This document shows, one piece after another, positions 9,158 to 18,524 of a stretch of DNA of 64,000 nucleotides. This DNA is from Syntrophales bacterium. GTDB lineage: Bacteria; Desulfobacterota; Syntrophia; Syntrophales; UBA8958. A program made the position numbers and the translations under genes. Position 1 is the first letter of the stretch; each line of letters opens with the position of its first letter. Below the pieces are notes generated by a model. That model was given only the letters and a program-made list of their open reading frames with translations, was not told the origin of the DNA and ran no database searches. The stretch is taken from assembly GCA_026417625.1 (NCBI GenBank), contig JAOACW010000002.1:139237-203236 (forward strand). Reading direction: 5' to 3'.

Positions 9158-10354
9158 TTATAGTAAGTGTCCTAATTTCTGTTTTTTTGTTTTAAGGTAG
9201 TGGACATTGTTGACGTTGGGTTCGATTACGATGGGAACCCTTTCAACTATCTGTATGCCGTAACCTTCAAGGCCGACAATTTTTTTGGGGTTGTTTGTCA
9301 TGAGTCGCATCTTTCGCACTCCCAGATCTGCAAGAATCTGGGCACCAATACCGTAGTCCCGCAGGTCTGGCTTAAACCCGAGGGCGATGTTCGCTTCAAC
9401 CGTATCTTTACCCTGTTCCTGAAGGGCGTAAGCGCGGATTTTGTTTACAAGTCCTATACCTCGCCCCTCCTGTCTCATATAAACGATGACACCTTTTCCC
9501 TCCTGTTTTACCATTTCCATAGCTCGATGAAGTTGATCACCGCAATCACACCGTTCTGATCCGAATACGTCGCCTGTTACGCATTCAGAATGCACCCTTA
9601 CGAGAACTGCTTCATCGGGTTTTATTTCTCCCTTGACGAGCGCTATGTGCTGTAAATCATCTACATCGTTTTCGTATACTGTTACCTTGAACTCACCTCC
9701 CCAGCGAGTGGGCAGAGTTGCTGATGCCACTCGTCGGATTAAGGATTCGTGTTTTAACCTGTAATTGATTATGTCCGCTATAGTTACTATTTTTAGATTG
9801 TGCTCGGCGGCGAATTTTTCAAGGTCAGGCATTCTCGCCATCGTCCCATCGTCCTTCATAATTTCGCAGATCACCGCTGCCGGTTTTAGTCCAGCTAATC
9901 GGGCAAGGTCCACGGACCCTTCTGTTTGACCCGTACGGACAAGAACACCTCCTTTTCTCGCACGGATAGGAAATACGTGACCGGGACTCACCAAATCTTC
10001 GGGTTTTGCGTCATCAGCAACTGCCGTTAAGATCGTTGTAGCTCTGTCATGGGCTGAAATTCCAGTTGTTACACCCCTTCTGGCTTCAATGGAAACTGTG
10101 AATGCCGTTCCGAAGCGGGATCTGTTTTCCGGAACCATGGGTTTTAGGCCCAATCTATCCGCATGTTCCTCTGTTAGTGTCAGGCAGATCAATCCGCGAC
10201 CGTACTTTGCCATGAAGTTTATGGCCTCAGGTGTCACAAACTGAGCTGCCATGCAAAGATCACCTTCATTTTCTCTGTCTTCATCGTCCACTAAAATTAC
10301 CATCTTTCCCTGACGAATATCTTCAAGTGCCTCAGGTATGGAGCTTATGGGCAT
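9158..10354 (-). CDS. ribBA: Bifunctional 3,4-dihydroxy-2-butanone-4-phosphate synthase / GTP cyclohydrolase II
   Basis: 398 aa. N-terminal DRENEGDL (RibB); C-terminal ..VRVHSECVTGDVFGSERCDCG.. (RibA). Confidence 0.95.
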   Translation of the reverse strand: MPISSIPEALEDIRQGKMVILVDDEDRENEGDLCMAAQFVTPEAINFMAKYGRGLICLTLTEEHADRLGLKPMVPENRSRFGTAFTVSIEARRGVTTGISAHDRATTILTAVADDAKPEDLVSPGHVFPIRARKGGVLVRTGQTEGSVDLARLAGLKPAAVICEIMKDDGTMARMPDLEKFAAEHNLKIVTIADIINYRLKHESLIRRVASATLPTRWGGEFKVTVYENDVDDLQHIALVKGEIKPDEAVLVRVHSECVTGDVFGSERCDCGDQLHRAMEMVKQEGKGVIVYMRQEGRGIGLVNKIRAYALQEQGKDTVEANIALGFKPDLRDYGIGAQILADLGVRKMRLMTNNPKKIVGLEGYGIQIVERVPIVIEPNVNNVHYLKTKKQKLGHLL

Positions 10355-10358
10355 GTCA

Positions 10359-11009
10359 TCACCTCACAAAACCGTGCTTCTGCAAAAATTCCAGAGTTAT
10401 TCTTTCTTCTTTAGTTTTTTCTTTTAAACTCACGAATTTCTCGATGTATTTACCGATAATGTCTGTTTCGATGTTTACCTGGTCACCGATTTTCTTCATT
10501 GTTAAAGTAGTTACACTTGCTGTGTGGGGAATGATATTCACGTAAAAACAATTGTCAAGTACACGATTCACTGTAAGACTCACACCATCGACCGCAATTG
10601 ATCCTTTTTCCACAATGTACCTCATAAGCTCGTTTTTAGTTTCGATGGCAATTACGGTCGAGGAGACTTTCGTTTCCTTTATCTTTATGTAACCAATTCC
10701 GTCTACATGCCCCAAAACGAAATGACCACCCAAAAAATCTGTCGGTCTTAGAGGTTTTTCTAGGTTGACCAGAGACTCCAATTTCAAATTACCGAGGGTG
10801 GTTCGGTTCAGCGTTTCTGCTGAAACGTCTGCAGTGAATTCATTTACTGAAACGCGTGTAATCGTAAGACAAACTCCATCGACAGCTATGCTGTCCCCGA
10901 TCTTCAGATCCTCAAGGTTCAAGTTTGTTTTAATTACAATGCGTGCACCTTCACCTTGTTTACTTAACTGTTTAACTTTGCCAAGATTCTGTATAATTCC
11001 TGTAAACAC
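10359..11009 (-). CDS. ribE: Riboflavin synthase
   Basis: MFTGIIQ..GDSIAVDGVCLT.. with the duplicated ..GSIAVDGVSLTV.. repeat. Confidence 0.95.
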   Translation of the reverse strand: MFTGIIQNLGKVKQLSKQGEGARIVIKTNLNLEDLKIGDSIAVDGVCLTITRVSVNEFTADVSAETLNRTTLGNLKLESLVNLEKPLRPTDFLGGHFVLGHVDGIGYIKIKETKVSSTVIAIETKNELMRYIVEKGSIAVDGVSLTVNRVLDNCFYVNIIPHTASVTTLTMKKIGDQVNIETDIIGKYIEKFVSLKEKTKEERITLEFLQKHGFVR

Positions 11010-11011
11010 GC

Positions 11012-11473
11012 TCAGTCCCTTTTGGCGTTGAGGAGTTGTTTCAATTCGTCAAAAAAGTCATTTACATCTCGAAACTGTCGGTATACTGAAGCGAAACGCA
11101 CGTATGCCACCTTGTCAAGTTTATGGAGTTCATTCATTACCTTCTCCCCGATAAATGATGATGATACCTCTTTTCCCTGAATCTCCTGACAGGCCCGTTC
11201 TACCTCATCTACAATGCGGTCGATCTCATCAACACTTATAGGCCGCTTTTCACACGCCTTCAAGAGGCCATTTTTTATTTTCATTCTGTCGAAAGGTTCT
11301 CTACGTCCATCTTTCTTTACTACCATGGGATATATTTCTTCCACTATTTCGTAAGTTGTGAATCGTTTGCCACAACCGAGACATTCCCTCCGTCGACGGA
11401 TGGCATTACTATCTTTGCTAATACGAGAGTCGATAACTTTGTTTTCGTGATAATAACAGAATGGGCATTTCAC
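11012..11473 (-). CDS. nrdR: Transcriptional repressor NrdR
   Basis: MKCPFC..x..CLGC zinc ribbon followed by an ATP-cone (..[11 protein letters not shown]..). Confidence 0.95.
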   Translation of the reverse strand: MKCPFCYYHENKVIDSRISKDSNAIRRRRECLGCGKRFTTYEIVEEIYPMVVKKDGRREPFDRMKIKNGLLKACEKRPISVDEIDRIVDEVERACQEIQGKEVSSSFIGEKVMNELHKLDKVAYVRFASVYRQFRDVNDFFDELKQLLNAKRD

Positions 11474-11943
11474 AGTTTGCGTACCTCTGTCATTGCTTCC
11501 CGCAGTATCTCTGATGAGAGGGGATCACTGTAGGGATCTTTTATAATTACTGTTGTAATTCCAGCATTTACGATCATCTTTGCACAAATTACACAGGGGT
11601 GGTGTGTGCAGTAAAGGCTTGCCCCTTTGGTGACCACACCGTGTCTTGCCGCCTGGATGATGGCGTTCTGTTCCGCATGAAGCCCACGGCAGAGCTCATG
11701 ACGTTCCCCGGATGGTACATTGTTTTGTTCCCGCATACAGCCAACTTCTAAACAGTGCCTAAGACCTGAAGGTGCGCCGTTATAGCCTGTAGAGAGTATG
11801 CGTTTTTCTATAACGAGGACTGCTCCCACCGCCCGGCGCAAGCATGTCGATCGGGACGCCACGAGTTCAGCAATACTCATAAAATATTCGTCCCATGATG
11901 GTCGTGTTTTCGTGATCTTTAGCTCTCTTGCATCATGTATCAT
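11470..11943 (-). CDS. Deoxycytidylate (dCMP) deaminase, ComEB-like
   Basis: ..[10 protein letters not shown].., ..HAEQNAI.. and ..[14 protein letters not shown].. motifs. At 157 aa it lacks a RibD reductase domain. Confidence 0.85.
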   Translation of the reverse strand: MIHDARELKITKTRPSWDEYFMSIAELVASRSTCLRRAVGAVLVIEKRILSTGYNGAPSGLRHCLEVGCMREQNNVPSGERHELCRGLHAEQNAIIQAARHGVVTKGASLYCTHHPCVICAKMIVNAGITTVIIKDPYSDPLSSEILREAMTEVRKL

Positions 11944-13226
11944 GTTTCAGCTGGGTTGAGTTCCTCGATGTTTACACCTTTCAGGTGATCCGCGTAGAGT
12001 GGAAATTTTTCACATAACTGGGATACTTGTTCTCTAACTTCTTTGATTATCTTTTCGTTGTCTATGTTTCTCAGCACGGTAGATATGAGCTGTCCAATCA
12101 GTTCCATTTCTCCTTCTTTCATTCCTCTCGTTGTTAAAGCAGGAGTACCGAGTCTCAGCCCGCTGGTAACCTGGGGACCTCTGGTATCAAAGGGAATGCT
12201 GTTTTTGTTAGCTGTTATACCAGCGCGGTCGAGAGCTTCTTGGGCTTCTTTGCCTGTGATTCCCTTGTCGGTAAGATCTATAAGCATAAGGTGATTGTCC
12301 GTACCTCCAGAGACGAGACGGAACCCTTCTTTCTTCAGTGTTGCCGCAAGGGCCTTTGCGTTTTTCACGATTTGTTCCTGGTATTTTTTGAATTCCTCTG
12401 TTAGTGCTTCTTTGAAAGCTACTGCTTTGGCTGCAATTACGTGCATTAGGGGTCCTCCCTGGGTTCCTGGGAACATGCGACTGTTGATTAGGGAGGCGTA
12501 TTCTGCATTACACATGATGAGACCACCCCTTGGTCCACGGAGTGTTTTGTGAGTTGTGGATGTGACGAATTCACAAACGGGGATAGGAGAAGGGTGTAAA
12601 CCTGTAGCCACAAGGCCCGCGATGTGGGCGATATCGGCCATTATCATTGCTCCCGTTGCGTCTGCTATTTCTCTGAATTTCTGGAAATCGATTGTTCGGG
12701 GATATGCGCTGGCACCTACTACAATCAGTTTTGGTTTGTGTTTCTTTGCCAGCTCTTCCACCTCGTTGAAATCGATCTCTTCTGTGTCTCTATTCACACC
12801 GTAAAATACGACGTTGTAAAGACGCCCAGAGAAGTTTGCCGGACTTCCATGGGATAGGTGACCTCCATGGGATAGGTTCATCCCCAGTATTGTGTCACCT
12901 GGCTGAAGAACTGCAAAGTATACTCCCATGTTTGCCTGTGTTCCCGAATGTGGCTGGACATTTACATGGTCAGCACCGAACAGTTTCCGGCAACGTTCGA
13001 TAGCGAGGTTTTCCACAATGTCCACGTATTCGCAGCCACCGTAATACCTTTTACCCGGATAACCTTCAGCATATTTGTTTGTCATGACGCATCCTTGAGC
13101 CTCAAGGACGGCGTTGCTAACAAAATTCTCCGAGGCAATTAGCTCTAATTTGCTTGCTTGTCTGTGGGTCTCCAAGAGTATTGCCCTTGCCACCTCAGGA
13201 TCAACCACTTTTAGGTGAGAAAGCAT
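11940..13226 (-). CDS. glyA: Serine hydroxymethyltransferase
   Basis: 428 aa with ..LIASENF.., ..[12 protein letters not shown]... Confidence 0.97.
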   Translation of the reverse strand: MLSHLKVVDPEVARAILLETHRQASKLELIASENFVSNAVLEAQGCVMTNKYAEGYPGKRYYGGCEYVDIVENLAIERCRKLFGADHVNVQPHSGTQANMGVYFAVLQPGDTILGMNLSHGGHLSHGSPANFSGRLYNVVFYGVNRDTEEIDFNEVEELAKKHKPKLIVVGASAYPRTIDFQKFREIADATGAMIMADIAHIAGLVATGLHPSPIPVCEFVTSTTHKTLRGPRGGLIMCNAEYASLINSRMFPGTQGGPLMHVIAAKAVAFKEALTEEFKKYQEQIVKNAKALAATLKKEGFRLVSGGTDNHLMLIDLTDKGITGKEAQEALDRAGITANKNSIPFDTRGPQVTSGLRLGTPALTTRGMKEGEMELIGQLISTVLRNIDNEKIIKEVREQVSQLCEKFPLYADHLKGVNIEELNPAET

Positions 13227-13247
13227 AGGATTTTACCTCCTTTTGTT

Positions 13248-13709
13248 TTAAAGGCCGTTAGCCTTTTCGATGAGAGTGATTTTTTCAATACGCCTCGCAT
13301 GCCGACCCCCTTCAAAGGGAGTTTCAAGCCAGATCCTCACGATTTCTGACGCTTTTTTTGGGGTCGTCCACATACCTGAAAGAACTAGAATGTTGGCGTC
13401 GTTATGTCTTCTGCTGAGGTACGCCATTTTTTTGTTCAGGCACAATGTTGCCCTAATACCTCTAAACTTGTTGGCCGTAATAACCATACCCGCTCCAGAA
13501 CCGCATACCAGAATTCCCCGTTTGAACTCCCCTTGAGAAACTGATCGTGCTACAGCCGCTGCATAATCGGGATAATCTGACGGTTCTTCACTGTTTGTAC
13601 CCACATCCGCTACATTTAAATTTAATTCCTCAAGTATTGTTCTGACAGCCTCCTTGAGGCGATATCCTCTGTGATCGGCACCGATTATTATAGTTTCTAT
13701 TTTATTCAT
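13248..13709 (-). CDS. rpiB: Ribose-5-phosphate isomerase B
   Basis: 153 aa with ..GADHRGY.. and ..GILVCGSGAGM.. (RpiB/LacA/LacB family). Confidence 0.9.
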   Translation of the reverse strand: MNKIETIIIGADHRGYRLKEAVRTILEELNLNVADVGTNSEEPSDYPDYAAAVARSVSQGEFKRGILVCGSGAGMVITANKFRGIRATLCLNKKMAYLSRRHNDANILVLSGMWTTPKKASEIVRIWLETPFEGGRHARRIEKITLIEKANGL

Positions 13710-14950
13710 GATTTGAATTTCTTGAAAATTAGTACAGCATTGGTTCCGCCAAACCCAAAGGAGTTTGACATAGCCGCCCTTACTTCTTTTTTCTTTGCCT
13801 TATGAGGTACAAAATCCAAATCCATCATGTCGGGATCGGGATTGAACAGATTTATCGTAGGGGGTATGATTTCTTCTTTTATCGCCATGACACAGAATAT
13901 TGCCTCCACACCACCTGCGGCCCCTAACATGTGACCAGTCATGGATTTTGTTGAACTGATTGATATTTTATGAATATGATCACCAAATACCCTACGAATG
14001 GCCTGCACCTCGTATAAATCGTTCAGCGGTGTAGATGTCCCGTGTGCGTTGATGTAATCTATATCCTCTCTGGTGAGTTCAGCATCAACAAGGGCCGCTT
14101 CCATGCATCGCGCAGCTCCTTCGTGCCCTTCTGGTGGCGCTACCATGTGATAGGCGTCACTGGTAATGGCGTACCCTACAATTTCTGCGTAGATTGTTGC
14201 GCCCCGCTCCAGAGCATGATTGAGTTCCTCCAGTACGAGCAGGGCAGCCCCCTCGGCGATAACGAAACCATCTCTGTCTCTGTCGAAGGGTCTGCTTGCC
14301 CGCTCAGGCTCATTGTTTTTCCTCGAAAGAGCACGCATAGCGTTGAATCCGCCGACGCTAAGTGGTGTAATTGCTGCATCCACGCCTCCTGCAATCATGA
14401 CATCAGCATAGCCATACTGAATCATTCGGAACGCATCACCAATACCATAAGTACCTGATGCGCAGGCAGCCACAGGACAGGCAATTGGTCCTTTAAGGTT
14501 AAACCTTATAGAGACGTGGCCAGCTGCCAAATTTGCAAGCACAGCTGGCACATCAAAAGGTGACATCTTGTTGGGTCCCCCTGAGAGGATCCTCTCTTTC
14601 GCATCTTCCATTGTGGAAAGACCACCGATTGCAGAACCTATAATCACTCCTGCTCTGTTGCATTCTTTAGAGGATAACTTTAGACGGGCGTGATCGACGG
14701 CCATATCAGCGGCTGCGAGGGCATATATGATGAAGTCATCGTATCTACGCAATTCTTTTTTTGTTACGTGTTTTAGTGGGTCAAAGTTTTTCAGCTCCCC
14801 TGCAATCCGTGTTTCGAAATTTTGGCAATCAAACTTAGTAAGGGGTCCTATTCCCGATTTTCCGCTGCATGCAGCAACCCACGATTCTTCTACACTGTTA
14901 CCCAGAGGCGTTACTGCACCCATACCTGTGACCACAACACGTCTTTTCAA
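13706..14950 (-). CDS. fabF: 3-oxoacyl-ACP synthase II
   Basis: 414 aa with RRVVVTGMG.., active-site ..ACASG.., ..HGTSTP.. and ..SFGFGGTNA... Confidence 0.95.
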   Translation of the reverse strand: MKRRVVVTGMGAVTPLGNSVEESWVAACSGKSGIGPLTKFDCQNFETRIAGELKNFDPLKHVTKKELRRYDDFIIYALAAADMAVDHARLKLSSKECNRAGVIIGSAIGGLSTMEDAKERILSGGPNKMSPFDVPAVLANLAAGHVSIRFNLKGPIACPVAACASGTYGIGDAFRMIQYGYADVMIAGGVDAAITPLSVGGFNAMRALSRKNNEPERASRPFDRDRDGFVIAEGAALLVLEELNHALERGATIYAEIVGYAITSDAYHMVAPPEGHEGAARCMEAALVDAELTREDIDYINAHGTSTPLNDLYEVQAIRRVFGDHIHKISISSTKSMTGHMLGAAGGVEAIFCVMAIKEEIIPPTINLFNPDPDMMDLDFVPHKAKKKEVRAAMSNSFGFGGTNAVLIFKKFKS

Positions 14951-14974
14951 GAAAGACCTCCTTTTTTTTGGAGT

Positions 14975-15211
14975 TTATTCGACGCCTTTGCTTCGCAAAA
15001 ACGCTATAACGTCTCCTATTGTTCGTATTCTTTCTAGTTCTTCGTCCGAAACCTGAATGCCAAAATTTTCTTCCATTTCCATGATGAGTTCAACAAGGTC
15101 AAGGGAATCGGCTCCCAAATCGTCCACAAATGACGCCTCCGGAACGCATTCCTCCCGGGTTACACCTAACTGTTCCATTATGATTTCGATGACCTTTGCC
15201 TCAAGCGACAT
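14975..15211 (-). CDS. acpP: Acyl carrier protein
   Basis: ..DLGADSLDLVELIMEME.. phosphopantetheine site. AGGAGG sits 8 nt upstream of ATG 15211. The longer track ORF (to 15259) would overlap fabG. Confidence 0.93.
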   Translation of the reverse strand: MSLEAKVIEIIMEQLGVTREECVPEASFVDDLGADSLDLVELIMEMEENFGIQVSDEELERIRTIGDVIAFLRSKGVE

Positions 15212-15239
15212 ATAGCATTCCTCCTGAACTTCCGTTTTT

Positions 15240-15980
15240 TTACATATAAAGACCACCATTGACGCGGAATACCTGACCAGTTATGTATTCTGCATCATCG
15301 GAGGCAAGAAAAGCGACAACGTTCGCAACATCTTCAGGTTTGCCAAATCTTTTCAAAGGGATGATCTCCTTTATTTTTTCCTTAGTTTCGCTTAACATTG
15401 TGGCTGTCATCTCTGTTTCTATTAGCCCCGGGGCTACAGCATTTACGCAGATGTTTCTAGAACCAACTTCCCTTGCCAGGGATTTTGTAAAACCGATAAT
15501 TCCCGCTTTCGAAGCTGAGTATAAAGTGTCGCCGGCGTTTCCTGTTTCACCCGTAATTGAGGTGATATTTATAATTTTGCCCGACTTTCTTTTGATCATG
15601 TGGCGGATAACTGCGCGACAGCAGTTGATAGTCCCCTGCAGATTAGTACCTATGACTTTTTCCCAGACGGAGTTACCCAATCTTAGGAGGGGACCCCCAA
15701 CCCAAACACCAGCGTTATTGACTAAGATGTCTATATGTCCCCATTCTTTAGCTATAGAGTTTATGTTTCTCTGAACCGCGTCTTCGTTCCGAACGTCAAA
15801 AGGACATAAACGACCTTTTCCTCCAATTTCTTCTACGGCTTTTAAGGTTTCTAGAGCAGCTTTTTCATTCTGTATATAATTGATGTAAACGAAGGACCCC
15901 TGCTTTGCTAGTTTTACTGCAATTGCCCTTCCGATACCGCGGGATGCCCCTGTTACAAGGGCCACCTTTTCTACGATCAT
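15240..15980 (-). CDS. fabG: 3-oxoacyl-ACP reductase
   Basis: SDR with ..VTGASRGIGRAIA.. and ..YSASKAG... Confidence 0.92.
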   Translation of the reverse strand: MIVEKVALVTGASRGIGRAIAVKLAKQGSFVYINYIQNEKAALETLKAVEEIGGKGRLCPFDVRNEDAVQRNINSIAKEWGHIDILVNNAGVWVGGPLLRLGNSVWEKVIGTNLQGTINCCRAVIRHMIKRKSGKIINITSITGETGNAGDTLYSASKAGIIGFTKSLAREVGSRNICVNAVAPGLIETEMTATMLSETKEKIKEIIPLKRFGKPEDVANVVAFLASDDAEYITGQVFRVNGGLYM

Positions 15981-16165
15981 GTGACCGTTTTTTCAATCGC
16001 TGTGATCACTCTTCCCCGGTACGTTCCACATTGACCACATACCCTGTGGGGTAGTTTATGCCCCCCACATTGTGGGCATAAAGAAAGGGAAGGAGAAGTA
16101 AGGAAGTCGTGGGCTCTTCTTTTGTTTCTTCTCGCCTTCGAATGTCTTTTTACAGGATTAGCCAT
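15977..16165 (-). CDS. rpmF: 50S ribosomal protein L32
   Basis: MANPVKRHSKARRNKRRAH.. plus a CPQC..CGQC zinc ribbon. Confidence 0.95.
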   Translation of the reverse strand: MANPVKRHSKARRNKRRAHDFLTSPSLSLCPQCGGHKLPHRVCGQCGTYRGRVITAIEKTVT

Positions 16166-16185
16166 AGATCTACCTCTTCAAAGGG

Positions 16186-16722
16186 TTATTTTACAACCTT
16201 GAGTTTCTTTAGTATGGCGAAACGTTCATCTACCTTTTCTTTGCTGCAGGAACATGGTTCGATGTTCCGGTTTTTGCCACATGTTGGACAGATCCCCTGA
16301 CAATCGTCCCTGCAGAGAACTCTCATAGGGGCTTCAAGTATTAACTGTTCGTATATTAATGTCTCAAGGTCAATGGTTTCGCCGTCGTAATAGGTCACAT
16401 CAAGATCTTCACTGCTTAGTTCTAGCTCTTCACTGTGGATTACTATTTGATGATAAGGTGTTATAACGTAGCGGAAATAACATTCCACAGGAAAGGTTAC
16501 TGCCTCTAAACATCTGCTACACGCCATTATCAGAGATGTGGAAATTAACCCATCAACTATTACATTTCGCCGTGCCCTTTTTAACGTGCATGTTACTTGT
16601 ACAACTGTGCTACTAAAAGGAAGGGGGTCGTTACTGGGAAGCTGTTGTGATAACCACTCCCGGTCTTTAAAAAAATTGAGATGTAAACCTTCATCAGGGA
16701 TTCTGTTTACATTAATCTTCAT
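16186..16722 (-). CDS. yceD: YceD/DUF177 family protein
   Basis: 178 aa immediately upstream of rpmF (conserved pairing). C-terminal ..C..C..CP.CG.. cluster and ..DERFAILKKL... Confidence 0.8.
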   Translation of the reverse strand: MKINVNRIPDEGLHLNFFKDREWLSQQLPSNDPLPFSSTVVQVTCTLKRARRNVIVDGLISTSLIMACSRCLEAVTFPVECYFRYVITPYHQIVIHSEELELSSEDLDVTYYDGETIDLETLIYEQLILEAPMRVLCRDDCQGICPTCGKNRNIEPCSCSKEKVDERFAILKKLKVVK

Positions 16723-16756
16723 ATGCTTCTAAGCTTTGAATTTTTTGAAAGGTTTA

Positions 16757-16785
16757 ATTACATTACAAAATAAAAGTCATGTCAA
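16757..16785 (-). promoter_or_regulatory. Sigma-70-type promoter for the yceD-rpmF-fab... block
   Basis: Minus strand TTGACA (16785-16780), 17-nt spacer, TGTAAT (16762-16757). Confidence 0.55.
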
Positions 16786-16816
16786 GAACAAAATATCATG
16801 TTGCTATTTGAGGAAC

Positions 16817-16845
16817 TTGACAAATATATATACGGTCAATATAAA
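16817..16845 (+). promoter_or_regulatory. Sigma-70-type promoter for gltX
   Basis: TTGACA (16817-16822), 17-nt spacer, TATAAA (16840-16845). Divergent from the yceD promoter. Confidence 0.6.
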
Positions 16846-16877
16846 AGCCCCATTTGACTCGAGAGGGTTGGTGCATT

Positions 16878-18293
16878 TTGAGTGGTAAGAAGCCTGTAAG
16901 AACGAGGTTTGCTCCTTCACCAACAGGGCATCTTCATATCGGTGGTGCGAGAACGGCATTGTTCAACTGGTTATTTGCCAGGCATCATGGGGGGAAGTTC
17001 ATTCTCAGGGTGGAGAATACGGATCTGAAACGTTCATCGGAGGAGTCAACCCGGGCTATTCTGGAATCTCTAACATGGTTGGGTTTGACCTGGGATGAGG
17101 GTCCTTACTTCCAAACGGACAGGATTGAGATTTATCGATCCATGGTGAGAAAGTTAATTGCGGAGGATAAAGCCTATTACTGTGTTTGTTCTCCTGAGGA
17201 GCTGGAGACTAAGCGGAGAATGGCCATAGCGGAGGGTCGAAAACCTAAGTATGATGGTACCTGTCGTGACAGGGGTCTAAAAAAGGTAGAAGGAGCAGTA
17301 GTTAGATTTAAGGCCCCAAAGATGGGTACCACGAGATTTAGAGACCTCATAAAGGGGTGGATAAGTTTTAGTAATGAAGAGATGGATGATTTGGTTATAG
17401 AGCGTGCTGATGGTTTTCCAACTTACAACTTTGCAGTGGTGATTGATGATGCTTTGATGGGGATCACACACGTAATAAGAGGTGACGATCATGTGAATAA
17501 CAGCCCCCGCCAGATTTTGCTATACGAAGCTTTAGGTTTCTCCATTCCTGAATTTGCCCATGTGCCGATGATACTTGGTCCAGATCGCACAAGGTTGAGT
17601 AAACGCCACGGTGCGATGTCAGTTCTTGCCTATAGAGATATGGGGTACTTGCCCGAGGCGTTGGTGAACTACCTAGCACGGTTAGGTTGGTCACACGGTG
17701 ATCAAGAGATATTTACCATAGAGGAGTTGATCGAATATTTCGATCTGGATGCAGTGGGTAGATCAGCGGCAGTTTTCAACCCAGATAAGTTGCTTTGGTT
17801 AAATCAGTATTACATAAAGCAGTATGATTCAGAAAAACTTGTAGATGCAGCACTTCCTTTTTGGCGTGCGAAGGGTATAAAAAAAGAAGATAGGGATTTT
17901 CTGAGAAATATTGTGAAAGACTTGAAGAGTAGATCCCGAACAGTTGTGGAACTCGTTGATAAGAGCTTATTCTATTTTAACGATGATATTGAGTACGATC
18001 CTGAGGTCAGATCAAAGTTTCTCACAGATGAGATTATCGTCCATCTTGAGGCGATAGCGGTTCGTCTTGCTTCATTGGAAGATTATTCCAAGGGAGGAAT
18101 AGAACGGTTTCTCCGGCAATTGGCAGAAGAGAGGGGGATAACGCTGAAGACCATTGCACAGCCGCTTCGAGTGGCTCTAACCGGATCCACTGTAAGTCCT
18201 GGCATCGACGAGGTTATGCTGACGCTTGGTAAGGAACGCGTTATCAAAAGGCTGCTGAGGGCGATTTCTGTGGGTAGAGAGCGCTCAGGTTGA
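16878..18293 (+). CDS. gltX: Glutamyl-tRNA synthetase
   Basis: ..VRTRFAPSPTGHLHIGG.. and ..LSKRHG... The track start (TTG 16854) lies only about 8 nt after the predicted -10. The in-frame TTG 16878, with GAGAGGG upstream, gives the canonical N-terminus. Confidence 0.93.
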   Translation: MSGKKPVRTRFAPSPTGHLHIGGARTALFNWLFARHHGGKFILRVENTDLKRSSEESTRAILESLTWLGLTWDEGPYFQTDRIEIYRSMVRKLIAEDKAYYCVCSPEELETKRRMAIAEGRKPKYDGTCRDRGLKKVEGAVVRFKAPKMGTTRFRDLIKGWISFSNEEMDDLVIERADGFPTYNFAVVIDDALMGITHVIRGDDHVNNSPRQILLYEALGFSIPEFAHVPMILGPDRTRLSKRHGAMSVLAYRDMGYLPEALVNYLARLGWSHGDQEIFTIEELIEYFDLDAVGRSAAVFNPDKLLWLNQYYIKQYDSEKLVDAALPFWRAKGIKKEDRDFLRNIVKDLKSRSRTVVELVDKSLFYFNDDIEYDPEVRSKFLTDEIIVHLEAIAVRLASLEDYSKGGIERFLRQLAEERGITLKTIAQPLRVALTGSTVSPGIDEVMLTLGKERVIKRLLRAISVGRERSG

Positions 18294-18375
18294 TGCGAAA
18301 AATCTTTAAAATCTTCTTGACAAGAAGCAGGGTGTCAAATTAGTTGGTAAGATCATGGTCTTGGACATAGATGCT

Positions 18376-18447
18376 GGTCCTATCGTCTAGGGGTAAGGAC
18401 GCCGGCCTCTCACGCCGGAAACCGGGGTTCAAATCCCCGTAGGACCA
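18376..18447 (+). tRNA. tRNA-Glu (anticodon CUC)
   Basis: Manual cloverleaf: acceptor GGTCCTA/TAGGACC, D arm GTCT-AGGGGTAA-GGAC, anticodon arm CCGGC-CTCTCAC-GCCGG, T arm CGGGG-TTCAAAT-CCCCG, discriminator A. CCA is not encoded. Confidence 0.9.
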
Positions 18448-18465
18448 TCAAATTAAGAGAGAAGG

Positions 18466-18501
18466 AGGACATAATGCGTATGTCATCATGCATTATGTCC
18501 T
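18466..18501 (+). promoter_or_regulatory. Perfect 12-bp hairpin between tRNA-Glu and galE (terminator-like or SD/AUG-sequestering element)
   Basis: aggacataatgc (18466-18477) and gcattatgtcct (18490-18501) are exact reverse complements, separated by a 12-nt loop and followed by taatttat. The 5' arm contains part of AAGGAGG and the ATG at 18474. Confidence 0.6.
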
Positions 18502-18524
18502 TAATTTATGGAGATGAGGTTATT

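Noticed and set aside
11470-11943. Considered calling this ribD (riboflavin deaminase/reductase) because of its position next to nrdR and the rib genes
   Set aside because: It is only 157 aa, has no reductase domain, and its motif pattern ([24 protein letters not shown]) matches dCMP deaminase/ComEB rather than the RibD deaminase domain.
18317-18345. TTGACA upstream of tRNA-Glu as an independent promoter
   Set aside because: The only -10 candidates at 17-18 nt are TTAGTT/TAGTTG, which are poor matches. Co-transcription with gltX is equally plausible.
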